This document shows positions 51,350-63,908 of a stretch of DNA of 64,000 nt, one piece after another. The position numbers and the translations under genes were made by a program. Numbering within the stretch: position 1 is the first letter of the stretch; each line of letters starts with the position of its first letter. Under the pieces are notes generated by a model, which worked only from the letters and a program-made list of their open reading frames with translations, searched no databases and had not been told where the DNA came from. This DNA is from Heterodontus francisci (taxonomy: Eukaryota): the NCBI RefSeq assembly GCF_036365525.1, contig NC_090380.1, positions 72,777,757-72,841,756 of the forward strand. The letters are read 5' to 3'.

Positions 51350-54300
51350 TTGGGTAACGCAGTGCATAATTAATCAGCGCCTGTTGCTTCCAATACAGGC
51401 AGCAGGCATGCTTCACACTGCTTACTGATTATCATTATAGTTACGTGCAGCCTGTGCTAAATGTACTGCTGAGTGGCTTCGTGCCTCAGCAGCGGGCCAA
51501 AGTTTGTGCAACCCGCACCTCTTTATGGGAAGGTGCATTCTGCCTGGAATAGGTGATAGAACTGGTTTCAGAAGAGGGTGTGAGCAAGAAGAACACTGAA
51601 TTATGGCATAACAAGGCAGAAAATGGGCTCCCAATTTCTCTGACACTGCATTGGAGGCCTTGCTAGAGGTGACAGGAGGAGAGGAGCCCTCTTCCCTCAG
51701 GGTGCCAGGAGGCCCTTCAGACAAACTGCGTGAAGGCACTGGGAGCAGATAGCTGTGGCGTTCAATGCCAGGACTCTAGCCCTGAGGACCTGGATGTAGT
51801 ACCTGAAGAAGTCCAATCACCTCATGCAAATGGTCAAGATCAGTGAATTCATCTTCATATGTCAAATCCTACCAAAGGCACCATGATCCTCACACACAGC
51901 TTAATGCACCACATCCCCATCACTCACATACTAATAATCTCTATCAGTTACGCCTGATACCTAACGTTCATAGCTTCACCTCACCCTCACACACTTCGCA
52001 CTGCTGCCAGCCTCACACTCACATCTCACAGCATGCACGCACTGCCAGCTATTCAACCATGACAGCTCCATAACCCAAACACATTGCACAACATGCACTG
52101 ACACACTTTCCTCCCTCCTGCAGGACAAGGTGCTGTATAACTAGAGACATCAGCATCTAACTAGAGGAGTCAGACACGGCTGAAAATCCTTACATTCATG
52201 GAAGAGACAATGCTCATCATTACTGGAACGGCCATGACTGAAGCCGTAGCCAACAGTGGGGCTGAAACCACTGAAGATGATGATATGCTTTTTTTTAACC
52301 CTCCTTCTCATATCCCACTTCCACCTCATACCACACTCTCCCCTGATTTACAAGTTGCAGATGGTATAAGCACGCACTTCTTTCTTTCCTCCTTCCTTCA
52401 CTACAACCCTACTCTTATGTCTTGCTGCTTTCAGATAGCCAAGAACTGCAATTTGATCAGCCAGTGATGGAAGAGAAGGAGGTGGAAGAGCAAGAGACAG
52501 TGTTTAAGAAGAAACATCATCACTTGCTCTTACATTCACAGCCATCAGCTCAGATACTGATACTTGACGAATTTTAGAGCATAGCTTAGAGTGCACATGG
52601 TAAGACACTGGGCATAAATGGCCTGCAACCAGGGCAGAGGACAAGGGTAGCACAAATGCCAGCTCATAGGAGGCCGAGGTCGCACATGCATTCTGTTGCA
52701 GACGACTCAGATGAAGATTTCGATGGGGTGGCCTACAGAAGTAGGCTGATGGATAAGAAGACTGAAATGCTTGGTGCATTGGCAGGCTTGTCAATGTCAA
52801 GAAGCATGGAAGAGTCCAGCTCCAACTTTGTATAGGGCTTTGTGCAGAGCTTGGAGCCCATGCTGTCCAGCTTGGATGTATGACCAACTCCATGAGAACA
52901 CTTGCGGACTCAGCCATGAAATAGCATCTGTTTCCTGATGCCTCAGCTCCAATGCAGCACAAGTAGAAACCATTTACCATCTGGGTTCCACAGTGGAAGC
53001 TCAGACTGAAGTCATGCAAACTCAGCTTGCTACCACACAGCTTCTGACAGCTGCCATCAAAGCTATGACTGCCAGTATTCAAGGGGGCTTGCAGGGTGTC
53101 ACAGCAGTCCAGTAATCTGTCCTCCATCACATTGTTCTTATTGTGGAGGCACTGCCCTGGGAAAGTGGCAGTGACTCTGTGGAGCAGGAACCTGCTGTCC
53201 TCTGTCAGGATGATAGCATTCTTCCTCCCAGCACTGCTATTCAACCAGTGCCACTGCTGTTGCTTGTCAACCAGCCAGCGCAAACTGCTGCTGCCCATGC
53301 AAAGGTGGTGCAGTCCAAAACTGGGGGTTTTAGGACCAGAGGTGCTTGAGTGCATCCTGCAAGGCCATCTGCAGTCTCCCCCACTGAAAGTCAGCAGCTT
53401 TCACCAACCATGCTGCAGCCAATACTGGGGTAGCACTTCGTAGGAACATAAGGATAATCAAAGCCACATGGAAGACAGGTATTAAGGGAATGTACAAGGG
53501 TGAATACTTGACTTTTGTATACCATGGTTAATGCCTGGTTGATTTATAAATTTGATTTGGAATGTTTGTTTTCTGGTGGCTTCTATTTCAGCATTGTGGC
53601 CAAGAGGATGCTGCATTGGTCAGTAAGAGAGGGACAGGAAGGTGTGGGAGTGTTGGTGGCTTATTGCTGTTGGCGAATTGGGGTTATGTGCACTGGTACT
53701 GCAGACAGATGAACCGATCATGGACAGCCAAGCCGGAAAGAGGCTGTGCTGGTTGCCTCCTCCTTTCCTCCTCCTCTTCCTCATCTTCTCCTCCTCCGCG
53801 GGTCACTGCATGGCTGGTGACTGCTGTTCACTTACAATGACCCCATTGTGCAGCATGCAGCAAACAACAATGATTCTTGACATGTGCTCTGCCGAGTACT
53901 GCAGGGCTCCTCCACAGCAATCCACGCAGCGGAAGCATTATTTAAGCAATAATCTGCTGTATCACAGTTTTTGTGGCAGCATGGCTTTCATTATAGGAAT
54001 ACTGCCCATTTGTGTTTGGGTTGCACACTGGAGTCATGAGCCAGGTGATCAGTCCCTAAAACAAAAGCAAAATACTGCGGATGCTGGAAATCTGAAATAA
54101 AAACAAGAAATGCTGGAGCCACTCAGCAGGTCTGGCAGCATCTGTGGAAAGAGAAGCAGAGTTAACGTTTCGGGTCAGTGACCCATCTTCGGAACCCAAT
54201 CAGTTCCGAAGAAGGGTCACTGACCCGAAACGTTAACTCTGCTTCTCTTTCCACAGATGCTGCCAGACCTGCTGAGTGGTTCCAGCATTTCTTGTTTTTA

Positions 54301-55010
54301 TTTTATATTAGTGGATAGTCCCTGTTGCCCAGTAGCCACCTTCAGGTTTATTGTGGTGGCTCAAATGCTGTGGTACGGTGGACTGCCGGAGAATAAAGGC
54401 ATCATGACTGCTGCCAGGATACCGGGCATTGACCTGCATGATACGCTGTGTATGGTTGCACACCAGCTGGATATTGAGGGAGTGGAATTCCTTCTGGTTG
54501 TGGTAGAGTTGTCAGAGTTGACAAGTCCTGCCTGCAAAGGGTGTGGATTCAATGAATGGCATCCTGCACCATAGGGAAGCCTGCAATCCTTGCAATTCAG
54601 CATCTCACTCTGCCTGCTTCTTTCTAGCAAGACAGAATGAAATATTGATAGCCCCCTTAGAATACAGAGTCTCAGTGACCTCCCTTATGCAACAGTGGAT
54701 GGAAAACTGGGAGATGATGCAAATATCACCTGGTGGGGAGGTATTTCCTGCTCCTAAACTCGTGTTCAGCTGTGTGAGGTTATGTGAGGGATTTAGCTGG
54801 AGCATTGAGCTCCAAACTGGCAGCACTGGTGTCAAACCTATGCTACACGCTGACTGACATGGCAAATGCCTCTGTTCATGTGCTAACACCCTCACCAAAA
54901 TGGCGTCTGGTGCAGCTAGCTCCAAAAATGTGCATGCACACAGTGGCTGCCATTTTGGAGGCAAACCGGCTCTCATAATGCCTAAAAGCCAGGTGCTGTG
55001 GGTCCAAATT
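51350..55010. mobile_element. PIF/Harbinger relic: Myb/SANT gene (+) and transposase (-)
   Basis: 'cccaatttctctgacactgcattggagg...tgggagcagatagct...aggacctggatg' Myb start. The minus strand carries [16 protein letters not shown] and ALQYSAEH...CCMLHNG transposase remnants. Confidence 0.7.
54063..54300. mobile_element. Hairpin-shaped Penelope terminal fragment
   Basis: Inverted repeat centred on 'cttcggaacccaatcagttccgaag', inserted into the Harbinger transposase. Confidence 0.85.
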
Positions 55011-57314
55011 TTGCGACCATAGATTCTTTTTATTGTTGCGGCTCACTACATACATCACAATACTATATGTTGCCTTAAAACATTTCTAATGTTCATGATA
55101 TTCTTATAGATTCATCGATCCATGGCAAAAATGTTGATGATCAAATAATGGGAAAATTGAAGAATGAATCAGTAAATGAAGTGAGTATATTGTTTTGATC
55201 TTTTTCCTACTCTGCATGAACTGGCGCTGTGTAGAACTGAATGCATTATAAAATATTGTCAGCTCATTTAAATAAATTGTCAACACTCATTGAAATGATG
55301 CACTGGAACCACAAAGGCGACAGACTATCCAGTGTCATTGGACTATTTTTTAACCACCTGGGTGTTAAGGGAGTGCAGCGAGGAAAGTTGGGTGTGGAGG
55401 ATCGCATCACTGCTCATTTTCCCTTTCAGCATTAGCTGCGAATGTCTGATAGAGGCTGAAGATTGGAATGTGTCCTGGAATGTAGCTGATTGAGATAAAA
55501 GTCTCTGCTCCAGGTGTGCTATACCCACACACTTGATACAGGTCAATGCAGAAACTCTTACCTTAGCAAGGTGGATTTCTTTTCCCCATCTGGCCAGCAG
55601 ACCTGGATCTATACATGGGAGGGTGCCTTTAAATCATTGTGACCTCCTCCCAAACAGCTAGGCTTTGTGCCCTTCTTTCCCAAAAAGAACAGCCCTTTTT
55701 AGCTGCACTTCTTCCAGAAGAGTTCTATAAAGGCTGAGTCAAAAAAAGTTGGTTGTCTTTTCACTTGGCCTAGGCCTGCTTCCAAATAAAGCTATCTTTA
55801 ACTTGATTTCAATAAGTTTCTGCTGCCAAATGTAACCTATTCCTAGTGCTGCAGTGTTCCTTTAAATAGCATTGGCAGCAAATTCTACTGAACTATTGCT
55901 CTGCTGAGTATATCACTGCTACAATTAGCACAGGGTTCCATGAATAATTATGTGAATAAGCAGACTTTGAAATGTCACAGAAGGTCTCTTCTGTGTTCTT
56001 TTATTGTGAGTTGAGCTCACAGTATCCAATCTAGGCTGTAATTAGCTAAGACAGGAAAATATACCCTTAAGTTACAAGCCTTCCAGGATGTCCAAGCACT
56101 ACTGATATTAACAAATAGGTCAGACTGGGACTATTAATACACTTCTTCATAAATTTTCCAAACAGATATTTTGGGACCAATGCTGAAGTAAGACTGAAGC
56201 CGACTGGTCTTTTATTCAGTGTTTTGGTAATCTGGGGAAATACCAAGGTGGAGGTGCGGTGACGGTGGTGGTTGGGGAGGGTGTCTATCTCTCCAGGACT
56301 GTCATTTATTTAGTTCTAACTCTTTTTGCCCTTCGTTAGAAAATGTTAGCATCATAAAAATTACAAACCACCAGCAACTGAGGAATATTCTCTGAAATAA
56401 TAATAAACATCTATGAAAGCAATGGTACCAGGAGTTTGCATTGGATCTCAGACTTGTCAACTAATTATTCCAGGATGTAAAACAATGAATTGCGGACCTC
56501 AAAAAAATCTTTGTCGTTTTAGTTGGTACCTGACCTGCTTCAGATGAATGACAATACTGCTGTTGGATACTCATGTGCTACAATGGTACAGCTGGTTTAA
56601 GTAATTCACATTTAATGAACTATTTTACTTTACATGTCTGCTGGAAGTTAACCATTAATGAACCCCTCTTTGAAGTTCTGTAATTTTTTTAATTAGTTGT
56701 CGTTCTACTACTCCTGAATGCATTTACTTGCACCGGAGTATGTCTCCACAGTCACAGTCGCTGTCTCATAACTCGTCCAGATGGCTTTTCTTTAGGTGTT
56801 AATCTAGGCCATGAACATTAAAACATTGTTTGACCAATGGGGCCATCATGGCCAAATCCAATCATGCAAGTGTGTGCACAGACACAATCATGCACATACT
56901 TTTCAGCAGGAGTCATTGGGAAACATTCAGGAGTAAAAACATTTTTCTGTCTCTAGAAGAGTAACACTCAGGCCAACTGAACTGCCTCAGCTGATGCCAG
57001 ATAGAGATCAGGGAATCAAAACTGCAATTTTCAGGTCTGTATGGATTAATAAACACAGGGTGATGCTTTACCCAGTAGACCATCACTGAATGTGTTGTAG
57101 GAGAGAGTGATTTGAGGTGGCTCTGTCTCTGGCACATATTGGATGGGTGGTACTCCACCTACCCAATAATATCGGCTGGAGGCCTGATCAATTTTAATGA
57201 TCAGGTTTCACTTAAATACAATAGGTGAACTGTCAACACTAATCATAGTGCTTAAAGGGGGCATGCTGCTTGGGAGAGTCAGATGTCCAGTGGGCTGGCC
57301 ACCATTTTTTAAAT

Positions 57315-58520
57315 TCTTTCACAGGATGTGGACATCGCTGGCTAGGACAGCATTTATTGCCCATCTTTAATTGCCCTTGAGAAGGTGGTGGTGAGTTATC
57401 TTCTTGATCCGTTGCAGTCCAAGTGGTGTAAGTACATCCACAGTGCTGCTAGGAAGGGTTTTAGGATTTTGACCCAGCGACAATGAAGGAACGGCAATAT
57501 AGCTCCAAGTCAGAATGGTGAAGGGGAAGTTGCAGGTAGTGGTGTTCCCATGCATCTGCTGCCTTTGTCCTTCTAGGTGGTAGAGGTTGTGGGTTTGGGA
57601 AGGTGCTGTCGAGGGAGCCTTGGTGAGTTGCTGTATTGCATCTTGTAGATGGTTAACACTGCAGCCACTGTGCATCAGTGGTGAAGGGAATCAGTGTTGA
57701 AGGTTGTGGATTGGGTGCCAATCAAGCTGGCTGCTTTGTCCTGGATGCTGTCAAGCTTCTTGAGCATTGTTGGAGCTGCGCCAATACAGGCAAATGGAGA
57801 GTATTCCATCACACTCCTGACTTGTGCCTTGTAGATGGTGGACAGGCTTTGGAGAGTCAGGATGTTCGTTACTCGCTGCAGAATTCCTAACCTCTGACCT
57901 GCTCTTGTAGCCACGGTAGTCAATGGTAACCCTCAGGATATTGATAATGGGGGATTCAGTGATGCTAATGCCATTGAATGTCAAGGGAAGATAGTTGAAT
58001 TCTCTCTTTTCGGAGATGGTTATTGCCTGGCACTTATGTGGCGCAAATGTAACTTGCCACTTATCAGCCCAAGCCTGAAAGTTGTAAGATCTTGTTGCAT
58101 CTGGACATGGACTACTTCAGTATCTGAGGAGTTGTGAATGGTGCTGAATATTGTGCAATCATCAGTGAACATCCCCACTTCTGACCTTTTGGTAGAGGGA
58201 AGGTCAGTGATGAAACAGTTGAAGATGGTTGGGCCTAGGACACTACCCTGAGGAACTCCTGTGGTGATGTCCTGGGACTGAGATGATTGACTTCCATCAA
58301 CCACAGCTATCTTCCTTTGTGCTAAGTATGACTCCAACCAGCAGAGAGTTTTCTCTCGATTACCATTGACTCCAATTTTGCTAGAGCTCCTTGATGCCAC
58401 ACTCAGTCAAATGCTGCCTTGATGTCAAAGGCAGTCACTGTCACCTCACCTCTTGAGTTCAGCTCTTTTGTCCATGTTTGAACCAAGGCTGTAATGAGGT
58501 CAGGAGCTGAATGGCCCTGA
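57315..58520 (-). mobile_element. CR1-like LINE 3' part
   Basis: GVPQGSVLGPTIF...MFTDDCT, TIYKAQVRSVMEYS and the shared tail. Confidence 0.85.
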
Positions 58521-59025
58521 TTTTAAAGACATCCCACAGTCCTTAAAGGTGAAGTTCACTTTTCAAAGTTCATTACTGAGGCAGTAAGCAGCATGACATT
58601 AGTCAGGGTCCCTGATTCTCCAATTCAGCTGTGGAGGTGCTGATAAACAGGAAGGAAGTCTTCTTTAACAGCAAAGGTCAGCAGGTACCCTGGCAAATTA
58701 GCCAGCAACAGTGGAGAGGGAAGGCTGTGTACAACAATCAATGATTCTAGTGCAATAACAATCAGGTAGGGTCATTACACAGCCTGCAATTCACCCTGTC
58801 AGATGACTGCGCAGGCAGTGAAGTCAGAAATTTACAGTTTACTGCTTGCCATTGGATGTTTGCTATTGGAGTTGGATTATTGACATTTCCATGTGGCTTT
58901 GCATTGCACAACAGGAAAGTGGAATTTATGCTAAATTAAGGTCAAGACAAATATTGAAAAGTAGCGTGTTTATAATTATTTAAGCGTGTGTGTTCTTATT
59001 GTTCTTTCTTATTACTGTGCTACAG

Positions 59026-59268
59026 GGTAATGTTTCTTTCAGCAGTGAAACTCTGCATTATGCATCTGTTCATGTCAGCAATCCTGTAAAGAAGAAGCAA
59101 AAACAGGAATTGAAACGACCAGAGCGGGACCAAGCATCTGAATATGCTGTTCTAAAGGTCAAAGATAAAAATAATCCGTTCTGTGAAGAATCGGTACATT
59201 GCTCCGCTGTTAGCATTTGCCCCACATCAAATAGAAGGCAAACTGCTAACTACACTGCAACCACATGA
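59026..59268 (+). CDS. VJ-C1-TM-ITIM receptor, terminal cytoplasmic exon with ITIMs
   Basis: Acceptor gctacag. GNVSFSSETLHYASVH...RDQASEYAVLK...* contains ITIMs LHYASV (59053-59070) and SEYAVL (59137-59154), with AATAAA at 59282. It starts in phase 0, so an intervening exon is needed after the phase-1 TM exon. Confidence 0.8.
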   Translation, partial: GNVSFSSETLHYASVHVSNPVKKKQKQELKRPERDQASEYAVLKVKDKNNPFCEESVHCSAVSICPTSNRRQTANYTATT

Positions 59269-59281
59269 GTTTCGCTTAAAC

Positions 59282-59287
59282 AATAAA
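59282..59287 (+). terminator. Candidate polyadenylation signal
   Basis: AATAAA 13 nt after the stop codon; further copies near 59346 and 59518. Confidence 0.45.
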
Positions 59288-60739
59288 CATTTGGCATAAC
59301 TCTGATATTATCTGACCGCCTTCTCAAGGTCCATAAGAGATGGACAATAAATCCTGGCCATATCAGCAATGCTCACATCCCTAAAATGAACAAACAACAT
59401 GTAATTTTTGTGAAGTACAGTTTTGTAAGTGCAAATACATAAACAAATGTAATATTAAACTGGCTCCTGTGTATCAAAATAGTTTTTGAAAGTGACTGTT
59501 CCTTTAAACTGAAATCAAATAAACTATTGATGGCTTAAATGGTTAGATTGCATTATGATGCTGACTAGATTGCATTATGATGCTTACTAGATTCATTGTA
59601 CATTTATCTGCTTCATTCACTACTTTTTAAAAAGAATATTAAATCATTAAACTATTAGTAGATTTTAAAAGTATATTGCATTATTCTCCCTGTTATTTTG
59701 ATTGATTACAGTTGTGTATTTTTATGTATTTTTTAAAAGTTATTTATTCATAGGATATGCGCATCTCTGGCAAGGCCAGGATTTATTGCCCATCCTCAAT
59801 TGCCTTTCATCCTTCTTTTTATATATCTAGAACTCGCATAGTACTCCAGCTGTGGTCTTACTAAGAGATTCACCATTACATTTTATATCCTATACTTATT
59901 GACATAAAACACAATATTCCATTAGCTTTACATGGCCATATCCACTTGATGTTGCTTTTAATGTTTTGTCAGCCTAAACCCTCAAATCCCTCAGCTCTTC
60001 CACATCACCCAACTTTACCTCATTCAAAGCATTTTTTTTTTATCAGTATGTATGTACCACCTCATATTTCTGACAATGTTCCAGAATTAACTGTAGCTGG
60101 CAAACTAATGGTGCTGGCCATTTGTTAGACTTGCCCTTTCCCATTTAATTTATATGGTCTTTAGCATTGGACGTTGCTGTTGGTTAGAAAGCCAAACAGT
60201 GCAGCACTCTCTACAGGCATCTAGGACCTGTGTGAACAGTGAAAGCAACTGTGTGTCACCTTAACTCATCAGATTGAAGTATTGTTAATGAGCAGCACAG
60301 TGTCTGAGCCAAGAAGTCTATGTTGGAATAGGGAAGCCTATGTCAAATCAGGTACAGAAAGTGAATAAGAAAGGGAAAGAAAGTTAGATTAAAAGAGAGA
60401 GAGAAAAGAGACACAAAAGAAGTAAAAATCTTTAAAAATCTCCAACAACAATTAAAATCTGGTGAAATGAGACTCCATACTTGTAAAAGTTAATTTTCAG
60501 TGCCAGAGAGATAGCTTGGCAGTAAATAAGACTTAGGACATGCAGGAACCTCATGCCATTCAATACATATGAATGGGGAGCCAGGTGTGAGATGCTGTTT
60601 TTGTGCAGTTTACAGAGGAGTGGCACATCTCCAACAGCAACTCTGAATATTTATGTTTAACTGTGTATCTGCTCCATCTGAAGTTGGTGTCTGCTTTGCA
60701 CATGAATAATGATGTGTGCAGTTAGCCTCACTATTCTCC

Positions 60740-61160
60740 TTACTAGAAGTTCTGGACCATTGCTTCCATCTGCCACTTTTTTTTCCCATTCCACCATCCA
60801 ATAAATTGTCACTTGCAGCTTCCTTTGGTCATCAGAATTATTTACTATGTTTCCAATTTTAGTATTGTCTGCAAATTTGGACACCATTCCCTCTAACCTT
60901 ATATCCAAGATATCCAAGATATTAAACAGGATCAGTTCCAGAACAGAATCCTGTGGGACACTTACAAGCATTCTGAGAAACTTCCCTTAACTCCTCGTCT
61001 CTGTTTCCTTCCTTCTAACTAGTTTTTAATCCAAGTTTCTACTTGTAGCCTATTTTCGCACTCCTTAAACATCTCCAATAATTTCCTTGAGGTGCCTAGT
61101 CCAAATATACCACATCCTCTGTATTTTTCCCATCCATCATTATCCTTCACTTCTAACACA
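60740..61160 (-). mobile_element. CR1 RT fragment
   Basis: VPQDSVLELILFNI...SKFADNTKIG. Confidence 0.7.
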
Positions 61161-61166
61161 CTACAT

Positions 61167-61430
61167 TAAAGGTGTGCAAATGAAACCCGACCCAACTCCG
61201 AATGCTGGACCCAGAAGTCTGACCCGACCCGTCCCCTATCCGACACATGCCATCGGATCCCGTTGGGGTCAGGTCGGGGAGCCGGCCTTTACCCATGTTC
61301 TGATGTAAAGGCCTGCCACCCGACCCAACCCCGACGGGTCCCGACGACATGTGTCGGTTAGGGGTCGGGTCAGGTTGGACTTCCGGGTCCAGAATTTGGG
61401 CTCGCATCGGGTTTTCTTTGCATACTTCTA
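61167..61430. mobile_element. hAT-type MITE
   Basis: Imperfect TIRs taaaggtgtgcaaa / tttgcatacttcta, 8-bp TSD cactacat (61159-61166 and 61431-61438), and internal cccgacc/ggtcggg subterminal repeats. Confidence 0.85.
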
Positions 61431-61539
61431 CACTACATCAGGTTTGTCAAAACTGATCTGGATTTTAAGGGGCAATGCATCTCCTCCTCTCATCATCATT
61501 AGAAGTGTGCACTCCTATGGGAGTAGCATCCATCCTGCT

Positions 61540-61718
61540 CCTCCACCTGAGAGGGCAGATGGAACGTTGGTTTAATGTCTCATCCAAAAGAAGGCACTTC
61601 CCTCAGTACTGCACTGGAATGTCAGCCTTGAGTTTTGTAATGAAGTCTCTGGAGTGGAATTTGAACTCACAACCTTCCGATTCAGTGATAAGAGTGCTAC
61701 CAACTGAGTGACAGCTGA
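61540..61718 (-). mobile_element. Deu-SINE-like SINE, 5' part
   Basis: Reverse complement homologous to 27830-28000. Confidence 0.65.
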
Positions 61719-63036
61719 CAATGCAGAATCATGTAATAAATCCAATATCAAACTCAATCATTGTTTTCAATTGATCTTTGTTCCAAATGTCAACACATAT
61801 TGGTTTTCTTCAAAGAAAATTTGCTAACTCTACTACACCAACAAGGTGCTCTCTCAAAGGCTGCAGCAAAGCTGGTGGAAGGTTGCTGTTGCTCATGTTG
61901 GAACCCTTGAGATGCTTGTCACTTTGAGTGCTTGGCTGCAGACTGCAGCTCTTCAGCTGCTGCTGGGGCAGTTTGGTTTAGTTGGCTTTCATGGTACTAT
62001 GGTGCATATTAGTTGAGGGGGTGTCATGGGAGCAGTTGCGATAACATCCTGAGAGAGGACAACTTGTGCCGCTAACATTGCACAACTGACACTGCCATGG
62101 AGCTATGGTTCATAAATCCCAGTCTTTCCAAAATAGGGATCAGAGTCTGAATGGCAGCTATTTGAGGTTCCACCAAAGCTACAAAGGCTGATGTCCCTGG
62201 AGGTGGGCTACAGAGTGATAATGCCTTGCAAGAAGATACCGCACAAAGCCATGTTGCTTTGCAGCCCTACCAATGCCTGTGTGCGACAAGCAGTCTTGTC
62301 TAAATAGCTTATGCCCTGAAGTCTGTGTCTCTGTCCTGCTGAGCTGAGCTGAAGAGGACCTCACCCTCTGGTGCCACTACTATCTGCTTCTGTTCACTCA
62401 TGCTGGGTGCTACATCGTGTATAGAACCCATTAACTCATGCAGGGTGTCAATCTCTGTGCTGAAGGCTGGAACAATAGACAGTGCCTTGATATATGTTCT
62501 CATAGCAGCATATTGCTTTTTATATTGCAGCAATCTCCTGCCCTTACACTACTTCCTGCTGTGATGAAAAACCTGCGTTTTAAAAGCTTATGCATTATCA
62601 GCATCATTGACAAGTTTTTGAGGATGCTATTTAAACCAATATTGTCTGCATTACTGTTCTGTCTTTATTGTAAATAAAAGTAATGCAAAAAAATTGATAT
62701 TCTTACATTGACAACAAAATGCTGTTAGTGGCTACTGAAATAAAAACAGAAAATGCTGGAAACACTCAGCAGATCTGTCAGCCTGTGGAGAGAGAGACAG
62801 TTAACTTTTCAGGTCATGACTATTGGGGGAGTAAAGAAGAGCTGAGAGTATGTTTGGAATGAGAATAAGAGGTGATACAATGTGTCCTTGTGATGGACAG
62901 TGGAGGATATGATGCAGATGAGGGAATTGCTCATAGTGCTACAGGAGGGGGAAGCACTGTTGCCAAGTGTTATGCAGTGTTACGATGAGGTGAGAAAGTG
63001 GTCTAAGGGTCCCTTTCAGCCTTCACCTGCTCTTAC

Positions 63037-63908
63037 TGTAACAGGGTTTAATTTTAAACACACCGTGTTTTTAGCTCCCCCTTGGTGAATCCTTGTTTGT
63101 TGCTTTCCAATTATAAGGCAAAGAAATCTGCACAACAGGGTTTCTCAGGTTTAAAGAAGAAAAGTGAAATTTTATTAAACTTAAACTCTAATACGGTAGA
63201 TGCTTATGGATACGCAATGCGCCTATGCTAGCATGCGCACGTGATACACACATGCAGATAGAGACAGAAAGAAAACAGAAGCAATAAAGTGGAAAAGTTT
63301 GAGGCAATATCTGAGGAGGTTTTTCTGCTACGGTTCTTCGAGCTCATTGTAGTGTCCTTGATTGTAGGTAGATCTTGCTTTTCATTGGGGCCCAGTATTC
63401 TTCTTAAACCTTGTTCACTGTAGGAGACTTTTCTCTCTTGGGGATCATGTGTTTTCAGTGGATTTGGAGTTCCATGGGAAAGAGATGGGAGCAGGCGGAC
63501 AGACAGGAGGTCTTCTTCAGTCCGGGAGCATTCTGATTTCTGTTCCAACTGTTTGTACAAATTCAAAAAAATGCAGGTTGCCAAGCAGGTTAGTTGTGTG
63601 ACTTACTGGTCTGACCACGTCCGTTTGTGTATTCGGCCATCTGAGCGGTCACCCTGGAATGCAAGCTCCCCCACCTTCAATGTCTGGTAATCAAAAGTCC
63701 ATTGTGGGTTGAATGTGCCAGGGAATGGCTGCTTTGTCCTTCCAAACGCTATCTGTTAATATGCAAATGTCTTTCCAGCCAAGATCTGGCAATTTTTTAA
63801 AGCAAGTCCTTCCTTCACTTCAACAACAGTTTGAAATTGAATGTCCATGTGGCGAAATTGATATGCCTCATTCTTGGCAGGGGGTGGGGGGCGAGATCTA
63901 GCATGACA
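63037..63908. mobile_element. Probable solo LTR
   Basis: TGTAACA...CATGACA termini; the reverse-complement start TGTCATG matches the element at 45591. No clear TSD. Confidence 0.5.

Noticed and set aside
52504-53355. 283-aa ORF as a host gene
   Set aside because: It is antisense to a Harbinger Myb/SANT relic and has no recognisable motifs.
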